64,000 nt of DNA, from assembly GCF_009914755.1 (NCBI RefSeq), contig NC_060948.1; one strand, 5' to 3'. How positions within the stretch are numbered: the stretch's first letter is position 1; each line of letters opens with the position of its first letter. Source of the DNA: the human T2T-CHM13v2.0 reference genome, Homo sapiens. Below, piece by piece: positions 35,286 to 54,640 of the stretch. The translations under genes were made by a program, and so were the position numbers. Below the pieces are notes generated by a model. That model worked only from the letters and a program-made list of their open reading frames with translations. It was not told the DNA's origin and searched no databases.

Positions 35286-37411
35286 AGATCCATATTTTTT
35301 AAATGAAAAAAAATTTCAAAGGTACTCTGCTTGGTACAATAATCAAATGTATAAACTGAGGAATAAAACATAACCATGAAACCTACTTATAACTGCATAT
35401 GGAAAATACAGAGGATAATTTTTTAAATAACATATTTTGAAAGCCTTAACTAGTAATTTGAAGAGTTGGCATTTGAAAGGCCAGTATGAATATACCTTCA
35501 AAGCAGCAACACAGGTTCCCCATGAGAAACAGCAAACTCAGGGAAAATAAAACCACAAAGGTTCAAGCTCTTCTGACCTTTGAAAGACACAGCACAGACA
35601 GTGGTCCTTAGGACGAAGAGCAGGAGACCCCTAATTCCGTCACCATGGCGATAGGGCATAAACATTGCTGGGTGAGGGCACAATCCACATTGTGAGGTCC
35701 AACTGCTGCCAGGAAGACAGGAGTGCTTTTACATAGACCGAAAGGTCATTGAAGGCTCAGAGTTTTGTTTCAAGAACTGAATCCCAAGCCCACACTTTAT
35801 TAGGCTGCGCTTCTTAAAACAAGTTATGAGATGGGAAAAAGGGCACCCACAAACATACGTATACATTATGTATATAATAATATACAGTATCAAATATATA
35901 ATATATATAACCTATGTATAATATTGTTTTACATCCTGCATCTTATATTATATATATTGTCTAAAATATAATAATTGATAATATATAAGTTTTATATTTA
36001 TACAATATGACATATAGTATATATTTTAATTTATGACATATATAATATATGTTATATATCATATATAGAATATATTATACGGTTAATATACGTATTAAAT
36101 ATAAATTATACATTATATATATGATATATAATATATCTGTTATATATAATACCCATTATGCATAATATGTATATTATGTCTATGTTATATATAGTATAAA
36201 ACAACATATAATAATATATAATTGTATATATAAAATGCGACATATAATATATATTATATTTTATGACATATGTAATATATATTATATATTATATATAATA
36301 CGTTGTATGTATAATACCTATATTAAATATATATTATATGACTATGTTATTAATTACATGTCACATGTGTTATATATCATATATTTTACATAGAATATAC
36401 CGGTTACATACAATATATACTATGTTACCTATAATGTATAATTGATTACATGTAAAATAAAGAATGCAATATATTATGTATAATTTATAATATACAATAT
36501 GTGGAATGTGATATATATAACATATAATATATGATATATGATATACAGTATATGATATATAACATACAATATATGATACCTAGTATATATGGTATACAAT
36601 ATATATTTTATGATATGTATTCTATATGTTTTATATTCTGTTATATATAACTATTTGAAATTATATATAACTGTATAATATTTTATGTAAATATGTAATA
36701 TAATATATATAACTATATAATATATTATATATAACTATATATTATGTTATATATACTTTTATATCATAATTTACATAAAATGTCATAATATAATATATAT
36801 TATATTATTTCATATTACATAATATATATTACATATCACCCAATATAAGTAACATACATAATATTATAATATAGATTATATTATGTTATGTTAAATATCA
36901 TATATATCATGTATCATATATTCTATAATATATATTATACATTATATAATATGTATGTTGTCTATTATGTGATATATATAACTATATATTATTATATTAT
37001 TATACATATAACTAGATAAACATGTAATTCTACATATTTTCATTTATAATATATAGAATTATATAATCATATATAATTATTTATATTCTATAAAAAATTA
37101 TATCATTATATAAATTATAATATAAAAAAATTATAATATGTACTACAAATATATATATTATATATCATATATGATATAGTACCTTTGTTATATATCATAA
37201 TACATATAAATGTGTATTATGTTATCTATAATTATATAATTTCATATATAAGATGTATAATATGTATTATATATTGTATATGTTATGTAATATATATAGT
37301 ATGTATAAGCTGACACAGGATAAATATTATATACTATGACATATAAAATATATGAGGTTATATGTTACATATAAGGCATAGCACATAACATGTAATATAT
37401 ATCATATATAA

Positions 37412-37703
37412 TTTTTTTTTAGACAGAGTCTTGTCGTGTTGCACAGTGTGAAGTACAATGGCGCCATCTTTGCTCACTGCAACATCTGCCTCACGGGTCC
37501 AAGCGATTGTCCTCACTCAACCTCTCAGGTAGCTGGGAGTACACCACACTGGGACTACACCAGCTGCCACCATGCCTAGCTAATTTTTTGGATTTTTAGT
37601 AGTGACAGCCTTTCACTGTATTGGCCAGGATGGTCTTGATCTCTTCACCTTGTGATCCCCTTGCCTTGGCCTCCAAAATTGCTGGGATTACAGGCCTGAG
37701 GCA
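37412..37703 (-). mobile_element. Alu fragment, U16 (subtype B, U6-like)
   Basis: Alu with gaagtac, tcactcaacctctcagg and ccaaaatt variants. Confidence 0.93.
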
Positions 37704-39829
37704 AGATCCATATTTTTTAAATGAAAAAAAATTTCAAAGGTACTCTGCTTGGTACAATAATCAAATGTATAAACTGAGGAATAAAACATAACCATGAAAC
37801 CTACTTATAACTGCATATGGAAAATACAGAGGATAATTTTTTAAATAACATATTTTGAAAGCCTTAACTAGTAATTTGAAGAGTTGGCATTTGAAAGGCC
37901 AGTATGAATATACCTTCAAAGCAGCAACACAGGTTCCCCATGAGAAACAGCAAACTCAGGGAAAATAAAACCACAAAGGTTCAAGCTCTTCTGACCTTTG
38001 AAAGACACAGCACAGACAGTGGTCCTTAGGACGAAGAGCAGGAGACCCCTAATTCCGTCACCATGGCGATAGGGCATAAACATTGCTGGGTGAGGGCACA
38101 ATCCACATTGTGAGGTCCAACTGCTGCCAGGAAGACAGGAGTGCTTTTACATAGACCGAAAGGTCATTGAAGGCTCAGAGTTTTGTTTCAAGAACTGAAT
38201 CCCAAGCCCACACTTTATTAGGCTGCGCTTCTTAAAACAAGTTATGAGATGGGAAAAAGGGCACCCACAAACATACGTATACATTATGTATATAATAATA
38301 TACAGTATCAAATATATAATATATATAACCTATGTATAATATTGTTTTACATCCTGCATCTTATATTATATATATTGTCTAAAATATAATAATTGATAAT
38401 ATATAAGTTTTATATTTATACAATATGACATATAGTATATATTTTAATTTATGACATATATAATATATGTTATATATCATATATAGAATATATTATACGG
38501 TTAATATACGTATTAAATATAAATTATACATTATATATATGATATATAATATATCTGTTATATATAATACCCATTATGCATAATATGTATATTATGTCTA
38601 TGTTATATATAGTATAAAACAACATATAATAATATATAATTGTATATATAAAATGCGACATATAATATATATTATATTTTATGACATATGTAATATATAT
38701 TATATATTATATATAATACGTTGTATGTATAATACCTATATTAAATATATATTATATGACTATGTTATTAATTACATGTCACATGTGTTATATATCATAT
38801 ATTTTACATAGAATATACCGGTTACATACAATATATACTATGTTACCTATAATGTATAATTGATTACATGTAAAATAAAGAATGCAATATATTATGTATA
38901 ATTTATAATATACAATATGTGGAATGTGATATATATAACATATAATATATGATATATGATATACAGTATATGATATATAACATACAATATATGATACCTA
39001 GTATATATGGTATACAATATATATTTTATGATATGTATTCTATATGTTTTATATTCTGTTATATATAACTATTTGAAATTATATATAACTGTATAATATT
39101 TTATGTAAATATGTAATATAATATATATAACTATATAATATATTATATATAACTATATATTATGTTATATATACTTTTATATCATAATTTACATAAAATG
39201 TCATAATATAATATATATTATATTATTTCATATTACATAATATATATTACATATCACCCAATATAAGTAACATACATAATATTATAATATAGATTATATT
39301 ATGTTATGTTAGATATCATATATATCATGTATCATATATTCTATAATATATATTATACATTATATAATATGTATGTTGTCTATTATGTGATATATATAAC
39401 TATATATTATTATATTATTATACATATAACTAGATAAACATGTAATTCTACATATTTTCATTTATAATATATAGAATTATATAATCATATATAATTATTT
39501 ATATTCTATAAAAAATTATATCATTATATAAATTATAATATAAAAAAATTATAATATGTACTACAAATATATATATTATATATCATATATGATATAGTAC
39601 CTTTGTTATATATCATAATACATATAAATGTGTATTATGCTATCTATAATTATATAATTTCATATATAAGATGTATAATATGTATTATATATTGTATATG
39701 TTATGTAATATATATAGTATATATAAGCTGACACAGGATAAATATTATATACTATGACATATAAAGTATATGAGGTTATATGTTACATATAAGGCATAGC
39801 ACATAACATGTAATATATATCATATATAA

Positions 39830-40121
39830 TTTTTTTTTAGACAGAGTCTTGTCGTGTTGCACAGGGTGAAGTACAATGGCGCCATCTTTGCTCACTGCAA
39901 CATCTGCCTCACGGGTCCAAGCGATTGTCCTCCCTCAACCTCTCAGGTAGCTGGGAGTACACCACACTGGGACTACACCAGCTGCCACCATGCCTAGCTA
40001 ATTTTTTGGATTTTTAGTAGTGACAGCGTTTCACTGTATTGGCCAGGATGGTCTTGATCTCTTCACCTTGTGATCCCCTTGCCTTGGCCTCCAAATTTGC
40101 TGGGATTACAGGCCTGAGCCA
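39830..40121 (-). mobile_element. Alu fragment, U17 (subtype B)
   Basis: Alu with gaagtac and caacctctcagg variants. Confidence 0.93.
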
Positions 40122-42226
40122 AGATCCATATTTTTTAAATGAAAAAAAATTTCAAAGGTACTCTGCTTGGTACAATAATCAAATGTATAAACTGAGGAAT
40201 AAAACATAACCATGAAACCTACTTATAACTGCATATGGAAAATACAGAGGATAATTTTTTAAATAACATATTTTGAAAGCCTTAACTAGTAATTTGAAGA
40301 GTTGGCATTTGAAAGGCCAGTATGAATATACCTTCAAAGCAGCAACACAGGTTCCCCATGAGAAACAGCAAACTCAGGGAAAATAAAACCACAAAGGTTC
40401 AAGCTCTTCTGACCTTTGAAAGACACAGCACAGACAGTGGTCCTTAGGACGAAGAGCAGGAGACCCCTAATTCCGTCACCATGGCGATAGGGCATAAACA
40501 TTGCTGGGTGAGGGCACAATCCACATTGTGAGGTCCAACTGCTGCCAGGAAGACAGGAGTGCTTTTACATAGACCGAAAGGTCATTGAAGGCTCAGAGTT
40601 TTGTTTCAAGAACTGAATCCCAAGCCCACACGTTATTAGGCTGCGCTTCTTAAAACAAGTTATGAGATGGGAAAAAGGGCACCCACAAACAAACGTATAC
40701 ATTATGTATATAATAATATACAGTATCATATATAAAATATGTATAACCTATGTATAATATTGTTTTACATCCTGCATCTTATATTATATATATTGTCTAA
40801 AATATAATAATTGATAATATATAAGTTTTATATTTATACAATATGACATATAGTATATATTATACTTTATGACATATATAATATATGTTATATATCATAT
40901 ATAGAATATATTATACGGTTAATATACGTATTAAATATAAATTATACATTATATATATGATATAAAATATATCTGTTATATATAATACCCATTATGCATA
41001 ATATATATATTATGTCTATGTTATATATAGTATAAAACAACATATAATAATATATAATTGTATATATAAAATGCGACATATAATATATATTATATTTTAT
41101 GACATATGTAATATATATTATATATTATATATAATACTTTGTATGTATAATACCTATATAAAATATATATTATATGACTATGTTATTAATTACATGTCAC
41201 ATGTGTTATATATTATATATTTTACATAGAATATACCGGTTACATACAATATATACTATGTTACCTATAATGTATAATTTATTACATGTAAAATAAAGAA
41301 TGGAATATATTATGTATAATTTATAATATGCCATATGTGGAATGTGATATATATAACATATAATATATGATATATGATATACAGTATATGATATATAACA
41401 TACAATATATGATTCCTAATATATATGGTATACAATATATATTTTATGATATGTATTCTATATGTTTTATATTCTGTTATATATAACTATTTGAAATTAT
41501 ATATAACTGTATAATATTTTATGTAAATATGTAATATAATATATATAACTATATAATATATTATATATAACTATATATTATGTTATATATACTTTTATAA
41601 CATAATTTACATAAAATATCATAATATAATATATATTATATTATTTCATATTACATAATATATATTACATATCACCCAATATAACTAACATACATAATAT
41701 TATAATATAGATTATATTGTGTTATGTTAAATATCATATATATCATGTATCATATATTCTATAATATATATTACACATTATATAATATGTATGTTGTCTA
41801 TTATGTGATATATATAACTCTATATATAATTATATTTTTATACATATAACTAGATAAACATGTAATTCTACATATTTTCATTTATAATATGTAGAATTAT
41901 ATAATCATATATAATTATTTATATTCTATAAAAAATTTTATCATTATATAAATTATAATATATAAAAATTATAATATGTACTACAAATATATATATTATA
42001 TATCATATATGATATAGTACCTTTGTTATATATCATAATACATATAAATGTGTATTATGTTATCTATAATTATATAATTTCATATATAAGATGTATAATA
42101 TGTATCATATATTATATATGTTATGTAATATATATAGTATATATAAGATGACACAGGATAAATATTATATACTATGACATATAAAATATATGAGGTTATA
42201 TGTTACATATAAGGCATAGCACATAA

Positions 42227-42541
<315 letters not shown>

Positions 42542-44645
42542 AGATCCATATTTTTTAAATGAAAAAAAATTTCAAAGGTACTCTGCTTGGTACAATAATC
42601 AAATGTATAAACTGAGGAATAAAACATAACCATGAAACCTACTTATAACTGCATATGGAAAATACAGAGGATAATTTTTTAAATAACATATTTTGAAAGC
42701 CTTAACTAGTAATTTGAAGAGTTGGCATTTGAAAGGCCAGTATGAATATACCTTCAAAGCAGCAACACAGGTTCCCCATGAGAAAAAGCAAACACAGGGA
42801 AAATAAAAACACAAAGGTTCAATCTCTTCTGACCTTTGAAAGACACAGCACAGACAGTGGTCCTTAGGACGAAGAGCAGGAGACCCCTAATTCCGTCACC
42901 ATGGCGATAGGGCATAAACATTGCTGGGTGAGGGCACAATCCACATTGAGAGGTCCAACTGCTGCCAGGAAGACAGGAGTGCTTTTACATAGACCGAAAG
43001 GTCATTGAAGGCTCAGAGTTTTGTTTCAAGAACTGAATCCCTAGCCCACATGTTATTAGGCTGCGCTTCTTAAAACAAGTTATGAGATGGGAAAAAGGGC
43101 ACCCACAAACATACGTATACATTATGTATATAATAATATACAGTATCATATATATAATATATATAACCTATGTATAATATTGTTTTACATCCTGCATCTT
43201 ATGTTATATATATTGTATAAAATATAATAATTGATAATATATAAGTTTTATATTTATACAATATGACATATAGTATATATTATAATTTATGACATATATA
43301 ATATATGTTATATATCATATATAGAATATATTATACGGTTAATATACGTATTAAATATAAATTATACATTATATATATTATATATAATATATCTGTTATA
43401 TATAATACCCATTATGCATAATATATATATTATGTCTATGTTATATATAGTATAAAACAACATATAATAATATATAATTGTATATATAAAATGCGACATA
43501 TAATATATATTATATTTTATAACATATGTAATATATATTATATATTATATATAATACGTTGTATGTATAATACCTATATTAAATATATATTATATGACTA
43601 TGTTATTAATTACATGTCACATGTGTTATATATTATATATTTTACATAGAATATACCGGTTACATACAATATATACTATGTTACTATAATGTATAATTTA
43701 TTACATGTAAAATAAAGAATGCAATATATTATGTATAATTTATAATATACCATATGTGGAATGTGATATATATAACATATAATATATGATATATGATATA
43801 CAGTATATGATATATAACATACAATATATGATTCCTAATATATATGGTATACAATATATATTTTATGATATGTATTCTATATGTTTTATATTCTGTTATA
43901 TATAACTATTTGAAATTATATATAACTGTATAATATTTTATGTAAATATGTAATATAATATATATAACTATATAATATATTATATATAACTATATATTAT
44001 GTTATATATAATTTTATAACATAATTTACATAAAATATCGTAACATAATATATATTATATTATCTCATATTACATAATATATATTACATATCACCCAATA
44101 TAACTAACATACATAATATTATAATATAGATTATATTATGTTATCTTAAATATCATATATATCATGTATCATATATTCTATAATATATATTACACATTAT
44201 ATAATATGTATGTTGTCTATTATGTGATATATATAACTATATATATAATTATATTTTTATACATATAACTAGATAAACATGTAATTCTACATATTTTCAT
44301 TTATAATATGTAGAATTATATAATCATATATAATTATTTATATTCTATAAAAAATTTTATCATTATATAAATTATAATATATAAAAATTATAATATGTAC
44401 TACAAATATATATATTATATATCATATATGCTATAGTACCTTTGTTATATATCATAATACATATAAATGTGTATTATGTTATCTATAATTATATAATTTC
44501 ATATATAAGTTGTATAATATGTATCATATATTATATATGTTATGTAATATATATAGTATATATAAGATGACACAGGATAAATATTATATACTATGACATA
44601 TAAAATATATGAGGTTATATGTTACATATAAGGCATAGCACATAA

Positions 44646-44960
<315 letters not shown>

Positions 44961-47065
44961 AGATCCATATTCTTTAAATGAAAAAAAATTTCAAAGGTAC
45001 TCTGCTTGGTACAATAATCAAATGTATAAACTGAGGAATAAAACATAACCATGAAACCTACTTATAACTGCATATGGAAAATACAGAGGATAATTTTTTA
45101 AATAACATATTTTGAAAGCCTTAACTAGTAATTTGAAGAGTTGGCATTTGAAAGGCCAGTATGAATATACCTTCAAAGCAGCAACACAGGTTCCCCATGA
45201 GAAAAAGCAAACAGAGGGAAAATAAAAACACAAAGGTTCAATCTCTTCTGACCTTTGAAAGACACAGCACAGACAGTGGTCCTTAGGACGAAGAGCAGGA
45301 GACCCCTAATTCCGTCACCATGGCGATAGGGCATAAACATTGCTGGGTGAGGGCACAATCCACATTGTGAGGTCCAACTGCTGCCAGGAAGACAGGAGTG
45401 CTTTTACATAGACCGAAAGGTCATTGAAGGCTCAGAGTTTTGTTTCAAGAACTGAATCCCAAGCCCACACGTTATTAGGCTGCGCTTCTTTAAACAAGTT
45501 ATGAGATGGGAAAAAGGGCACCCACAAACATACGTATACATTATGTATATAATAATATACAGTATCATATATATAATATATATAACCTATGTATAATATT
45601 GTTTTACATCCTGCATCTTATGTTATATATATTGTATAAAATATAATAATTGATAATATATAAGTTTTATAATTATACAATATGACATATAGTATATATT
45701 ATAATTTATGACATATATAATATATGTTATATATCATATATAGAATATATTATACGGTTAATATACGTATTAAATATAAATTATACATTATATATATTAT
45801 ATATAATATATCTGTTATATATAATACCCATTATGCATAATATATATATTATGTCTATGTTATATATAGTATAAAACAACATATAATAATATATAATTGT
45901 ATATATAAAATGCGACATATAATATATATTATATTTTATGACATATGTAATATATATTATATATTATATATAATACGTTGTATGTATAATACCTATATTA
46001 AATATATATTATATGACTATGTTATAAATTACATGTCACATGTGTTATATATTATTTATTTTACATAGAATATACCGGTTACATACAATATATACTATGT
46101 TACCTATAATGTATAATTTATTACATGTAAAATAAAGAATGCAATATATTATGTATAATTTATAATATACCATATGTGGAATGTGATATATATAACATAT
46201 AATATATGATATATGATATACAGTATATGATATATAACATACAATATATGATTCCTAATATATATGGTATACAATATATATTTTATGATATGTATTCTGT
46301 ATGTTTTATATTCTGTTATATATAACTATTTGAAATTATATATAACTGTATAATATTTTATGTAAATATGTAATATAATATATATAACTATATAATATAT
46401 TATATATAACTATATATTATATTATATATACTTTTATAACATAATTTACATAAAATATCATAATATAATATATATTATATTATTTCATATTACATAATAC
46501 ATATTACATATCACCCAATATAACTAACATACATAATATTATAATATAGATTATATTATGTTATATTAAATATCATATATATCATGTATCATATATTCTA
46601 TAATATATATTACACATTATATAATATGTATGTTGTCTATTATGTGATATATATAACTATATATATAATTATATTTTTATACATATAACTAGATAAACCT
46701 GTAATTCTACATATTTTCATTTATAATATGTAGAATTATATAATCATATATAATTATTTATATTCTATAAAAAATTTTATCATTATATAAATTATAATAT
46801 ATAAAAATTATAATATGTACTACAAATATATATATTATATATCATATATGCTATAGTACCTTTGTTATATATCATAATACATATAAATGTGTATTATGTT
46901 ATCTATAATTATATAATTTCATATATAAGTTGTATAATATGTATCATATATTATATATGTTATGTAATATATATAGTATATATAAGATGACACAGGATAA
47001 ATACTATATACTATGACATATAAAATATATGAGGTTATATGTTACATATAAGGCATAGCACATAA

Positions 47066-47380
<315 letters not shown>

Positions 47381-49485
47381 AGATCCATATTTTTTAAATG
47401 AAAAAAAATTTCAAAGGTACTCTGCTTGGTACAATAATCAAATGTATAAACTGAGGAATAAAACATAACCATGAAACCTACTTATAACTGCATATGGAAA
47501 ATACAGAGGATAATTTTTTAAATAACATATTTTGAAAGCCTTAACTAGTAATTTGAAGAGTTGGCATTTGAAAGGCCAGTATGAATATACCTTCAAAGCA
47601 GCAACACAGGTTCCCCATGAGAAAAAGCAAACACAGGGAAAATAAAAACACAAAGGTTCAATCTCTTCTGACCTTTGAAAGACACAGCACAGACAGTGGT
47701 CCTTAGGACGAAGAGCAGGAGACCCCTAATTCCGTCACCATGGCGATAGGGCATAAACATTGCTGGGTGAGGGCACAATCCACATTGTGAGGTCCAACTG
47801 CTGCCAGGAAGACAGGAGTGCTTTTACATAGACCGAAATGTCATTGAAGGCTCAGAGTTTTGTTTCAAGAACTGAATCCCAAGCCCACACGTTATTAGGC
47901 TGCGCTTCTTAAAACAAGTTATGAGATGGGAAAAAGGGCACCCACAAACATACGTATACATTATGTATATAATAATATACAGTATCATATATATAATATA
48001 TATAACCTATGTATAATATTGTTTTACATCCTGCATCTTATGTTATATATATTGTATAAAATATAATAATTGATAATATATAAGTTTTATATTTATACAA
48101 TATGACATATAATATATATTATAATTTATGACATATATAATATATGTTATATATCATATATAGAATATATTATACGGTTAATATACGTATTAAATATAAA
48201 TTATACATTATATATATTATATATAATATATCTGTTATATATAATAACCATTATGCATAATATATATATTATGTCTATGTTATATATAGTATAAAACAAC
48301 ATATAATAATATATAATTGTATATGTAAAATGCGACATATAATATATATTATATTTTATAACATATGTAATATATATTATATATTATATATAATACGTTG
48401 TATGAATAATACCTATATTAAATATATATTATATGATTATGTTATTAATTACATGTCACATGTGTTATATATTATATATTTTACATAGAATATACCGGTT
48501 GCATACAATATATACTATGTTACCTATAATGTATAATTTATTACATGTAAAATAAAGAATGCAATATATTATGTATAATTTATAATATACCATATGTGGA
48601 ATGTGATATATATAACATATAATATATGATATATGATATAAAGTATATGATATATAACATACAATATATGATTCCTAATATATATGGTATACAATATATA
48701 TTTTATGATATGTATTCTATACGTTTTATATTCTGTTATATATAACTATTTGAAATTATATATAACTGTATAATATTTTATGTAAATATGTAATATAATA
48801 TATATAACTATATAATATATTATATATAAATATATATTATGTTATATATACTTTTATAACATAATTTACATAAAATATCATAATATAATATATATTATAT
48901 TATTTCATATTACATAATATATATTACATATCACCCAATATAACTAACATACATAATATTATAATATAGATTATATTGTGTTATATTAAATATCATATAT
49001 ATCATGTATCATATATTCTATAATATATATTACACATTATATAATATGCATGTTGTCTATTATGTGATATATATAACTATATATATAATTATATTTTTAT
49101 ACATATAACTAGATAAACATGTAATTCTACATATTTTCATTTATAATATGTAGAATTATATAATCATATATAATTATTTATATTCTATAAAAAATTTTAT
49201 CATTATATAAATTATAATATATAAAAATTATAATATGTACTACAAATATATATATTATATATCATATATGATATAGTACCTTTGTTATATATCATAATAC
49301 ATATAAATGTGTATTATGTTATCTATAATTATATAATTTCATATATAAGATGTATAATATGTATCATATATTATATATGTTATGTAATATATATTGTATA
49401 TATAAGATGACACAGGATAAATATTATATACTATGACATATAAAATATATGAGGTTATATGTTACATATAAGGCATAGCACATAA

Positions 49486-49800
<315 letters not shown>

Positions 49801-51905
49801 AGATCCATATTTTTTAAATGAAAAAAAATTTCAAAGGTACTCTGCTTGGTACAATAATCAAATGTATAAACTGAGGAATAAAACATAACCATGAAACCTA
49901 CTTATAACTGCATATGGAAAATACAGAGGATAATTTTTTAAATAACATATTTTGAAAGCTTTAACTAGTAATTTGAAGAGTTGGCATTTGAAAGGCCAGT
50001 ATGAATATACCTTCAAAGCAGCAACACAGGTTCCCCATGAGAAAAAGCAAACACAGGGAAAATAAAAACACAAAGGTTCAATCTCTTCTGACCTTTGAAA
50101 GACACAGCACAGACAGTGGTCCTTAGGACGAAGAGCAGGAGACCCCTAATTCCGTCACCATGGCGATAGGGCATAAACATTGCTGGGTGAGGGCACAATC
50201 CACATTGTGAGGTCCAACTGCTGCCAGGAAGACAGGAGTGCTTTTACACAGACCGAAAGGTCATTGAAGGCTCAGAGTTTTGTTTCAAGAACTGAATCCC
50301 AAGCCCACACGTTATTAGGCTGCGCTTCTTAAAACAAGTTATGAGATGGGAAAAAGGGCACCCACAAACATACGTATACATTATGTATATAATAATATAC
50401 AGTATCATATATATAATATATATAACCTATGTATAATATTGTTTTACATCCTGCATCTTATGTTATATATATTGTATAAAATATAATAATTGATAATATA
50501 TAAGTTTTATAATTATACAATATGACATATAGTATATATTATAATTTATGACATATATATTATATGTTATATGTCATATATAGAATATATTATACGGTTA
50601 ATATACGTATTAAATATAAATTATACATTATATATATTATATATAATATATCTGTTATATATAATACCCATTATGCATAATATATATATTATGTCTATGT
50701 TATATATAGTATAAAACAACATATAATAATATATAATTGTATATATAAAATGCGACATATAATATATATTATATTTTATAACATGTGAAATATATATTAT
50801 ATATTATATATAATACGTTGTATGTATAATACCTATATTAAATATATATTATATGACTATGTTATTAATTACATGTCACATGTGTTATATATTATATATT
50901 TTACATAGAATATACCGGTTACATACAATATATACTATGTTACCTATAATGTATTATTTATTACATGTAAAATAAAGAATGCAATATATTATGTATAATT
51001 TATAATATACCATATGTGGAATGTCATATATATAACATATAATATATGATATATGATATACAGTATATGATATATAACATACAATATATGATTCCTAATA
51101 CATATGGTATACAATATATATTTTATGATATGTATTCTATATGTTTTATATTCTGTTATATATAACTATTTGAAATTATATATAACTGTATAATATTTTA
51201 TGTAAATATGTAATATAATATATATAACTATATAATATATTATATATAACTATATATTATGTTATATATACTTTTATAACATAATTTACATAAAATATCA
51301 TAATATAATATATATTATATTATTTCATATTACATAATATATATTACATTTCACCCAATATAACTAACATACATAATATTATAATATAGATTATATTATG
51401 TTATATTAAATATCATATATATCATGTATCATATATTCTATAATATATATTACACATTATATAATATGTATGTTGTCTATTATGTGATATATATAACTCT
51501 ATATATAATTATATTTTTATACATATAACTAGATAAACATGTAATTCTACATATTTTCATTTATAATATGTAGAATTATATAATCATATATAATTATTTA
51601 TATTCTATAAAAAATTTTATCATTATATAAATTATAATATATAAAAATTATAATATGTACTACAAATATATATATTATATATCATATATGATATAGTACC
51701 TTTGTTATATATCATAATACATATAAATGTGTATTATGTTATCTATAATTATATAATTTCATATATAAGATGTATAATATGTATCATATATTATATATGT
51801 TATGTAATATATGTAGTATATATAAGATGACACAGGATAAATATTATATACTATGACATATAAAATATATCAGGTTATATGTTACATATAAGGCATAGCA
51901 CATAA

Positions 51906-52220
<315 letters not shown>

Positions 52221-54325
52221 AGATCCATATTTTGTAAATGAAAAACAATTTCAAAGGTACTCTGCTTGGTACAATAATCAAATGTATAAACTGAGGAATA
52301 AAACATAACCATGAAACCTACTTATAACTGCATATGGAAAATACAGAGGATAATTTTTTAAATAACATATTTTGAAATCCTTAACTAGTAATTTGAAGAG
52401 CTGGCATTTGAAAGGCCAGTATGAATATACCTTCAAAGCAGCAACACAGGTTCCCCATGAGAAAAAGCAAACACAGGGAAAATAAAAACACAAAGGTTCA
52501 ATCTCTTCTGACCTTTGAAAGACACAGCACAGACAGTGGTCCTTAGGACGAAGAGCAGGAGACCCCTAATTCCGTCACCATGGCGATAGGGCATAAACAT
52601 TGCTGGGTGAGGGCACAATCCACATTGTGAGGTCCAACTGCTGCCAGGAAGACAGGAGTGCTTTTACATAGACCGAAAGGTCATTGAAGGCTCAGAGTTT
52701 TGTTTCAAGAACTGAATCCCAAGCCCACACGTTATTAGGCTGCGCTTCTTAAAACAAGTTATGAGATGGGAAAAAGGGCACCCACAAACATACGTATACA
52801 TTATGTATATAATAATATACAGTATCATATATATAATATATATAACCTATGTATAATATTGTTTTACATCCTGCATCTTATGTTATATATATTGTATAAA
52901 ATATAATAATTGATAATATATAAGTTTTATAATTATACAATATGACATATAGTATATATTATAATTTATGACATATATAATATATGTTATATGTCATATA
53001 TAGAATATATTATACGGTTAATATACGTATTAAATATAAATTATACATTCTATATATTGTATATAATATATCTGTTATATATAATAGCCATTATGCATAA
53101 TATATATATTATGTCTATGTTATATATAGTATAAAACAACATATAATAATATATAATTGTATATATAAAATGCGACATATAATATATATTATATTTTATA
53201 ACATATGAAATATATATTATATATTATATATAATACGTTGTATGTATAATACCTATATTAAATATATATTATATGACTATGTTATTAATTACATGTCACA
53301 TGTGTTATATATTATATATTTTACATAGAATATACCGGTTACATACAATATATACTATGTTACCTATAATGTATTATTTATTACATGTAAAATAAAGAAT
53401 GCAATATATTATGTATAATTTATAATATACCATATGTGGAATGTCATATATATAACATATAATATATGATATATGATATACAGTATATGATATATAACAT
53501 ACAATATATGATTCCTAATACATATGGTATACAATATATATTTTATGATATGTATTCTATATGTTTTATATTCTGTTATATATAACTATTTGAAATTATA
53601 TATAACTGTATAATATTTTATGTAAATATGTAATATAATATATATAACTATATAATATATTATATATAACTATATATTATGTTATATATACTTTTATAAC
53701 ATAATTTACATAAAATATCATAATATAATATATATTATATTATTTCATATTACATAATATATATTACATATCACCCAATATAACTAACATACATAATATT
53801 ATAATATAGATTATATTATGTTATATTAAATATCATATATATCATGTATCATATATTCTATAATATATATTACACATTATATAATATGTATGTTGTCTAT
53901 TATGTGATATATATAACTCTATATATAATTATATTTTTATACATATAACTAGATAAACATGTAATTCTACATATTTTCATTTATAATATGTAGAATTATA
54001 TAATCATATATAATTATTTATATTCTATAAAAAATTTTATCATTATATAAATTATAATATATAAAAATTATAATATGTACTACAAATATATATATTATAT
54101 ATCATATATGATATAGTACCTTTGTTATATATCATAATACATATAAATGTGTATTATGTTATCTATAATTATATAATTTCATATATAAGATGTATAATAT
54201 GTATCATATATTATATATGTTATGTAATATATGTAGTATATATAAGATGACACAGGATAAATATTATATACTATGACATATAAAATATATCAGGTTATAT
54301 GTTACATATAAGGCATAGCACATAA

Positions 54326-54640
<315 letters not shown>

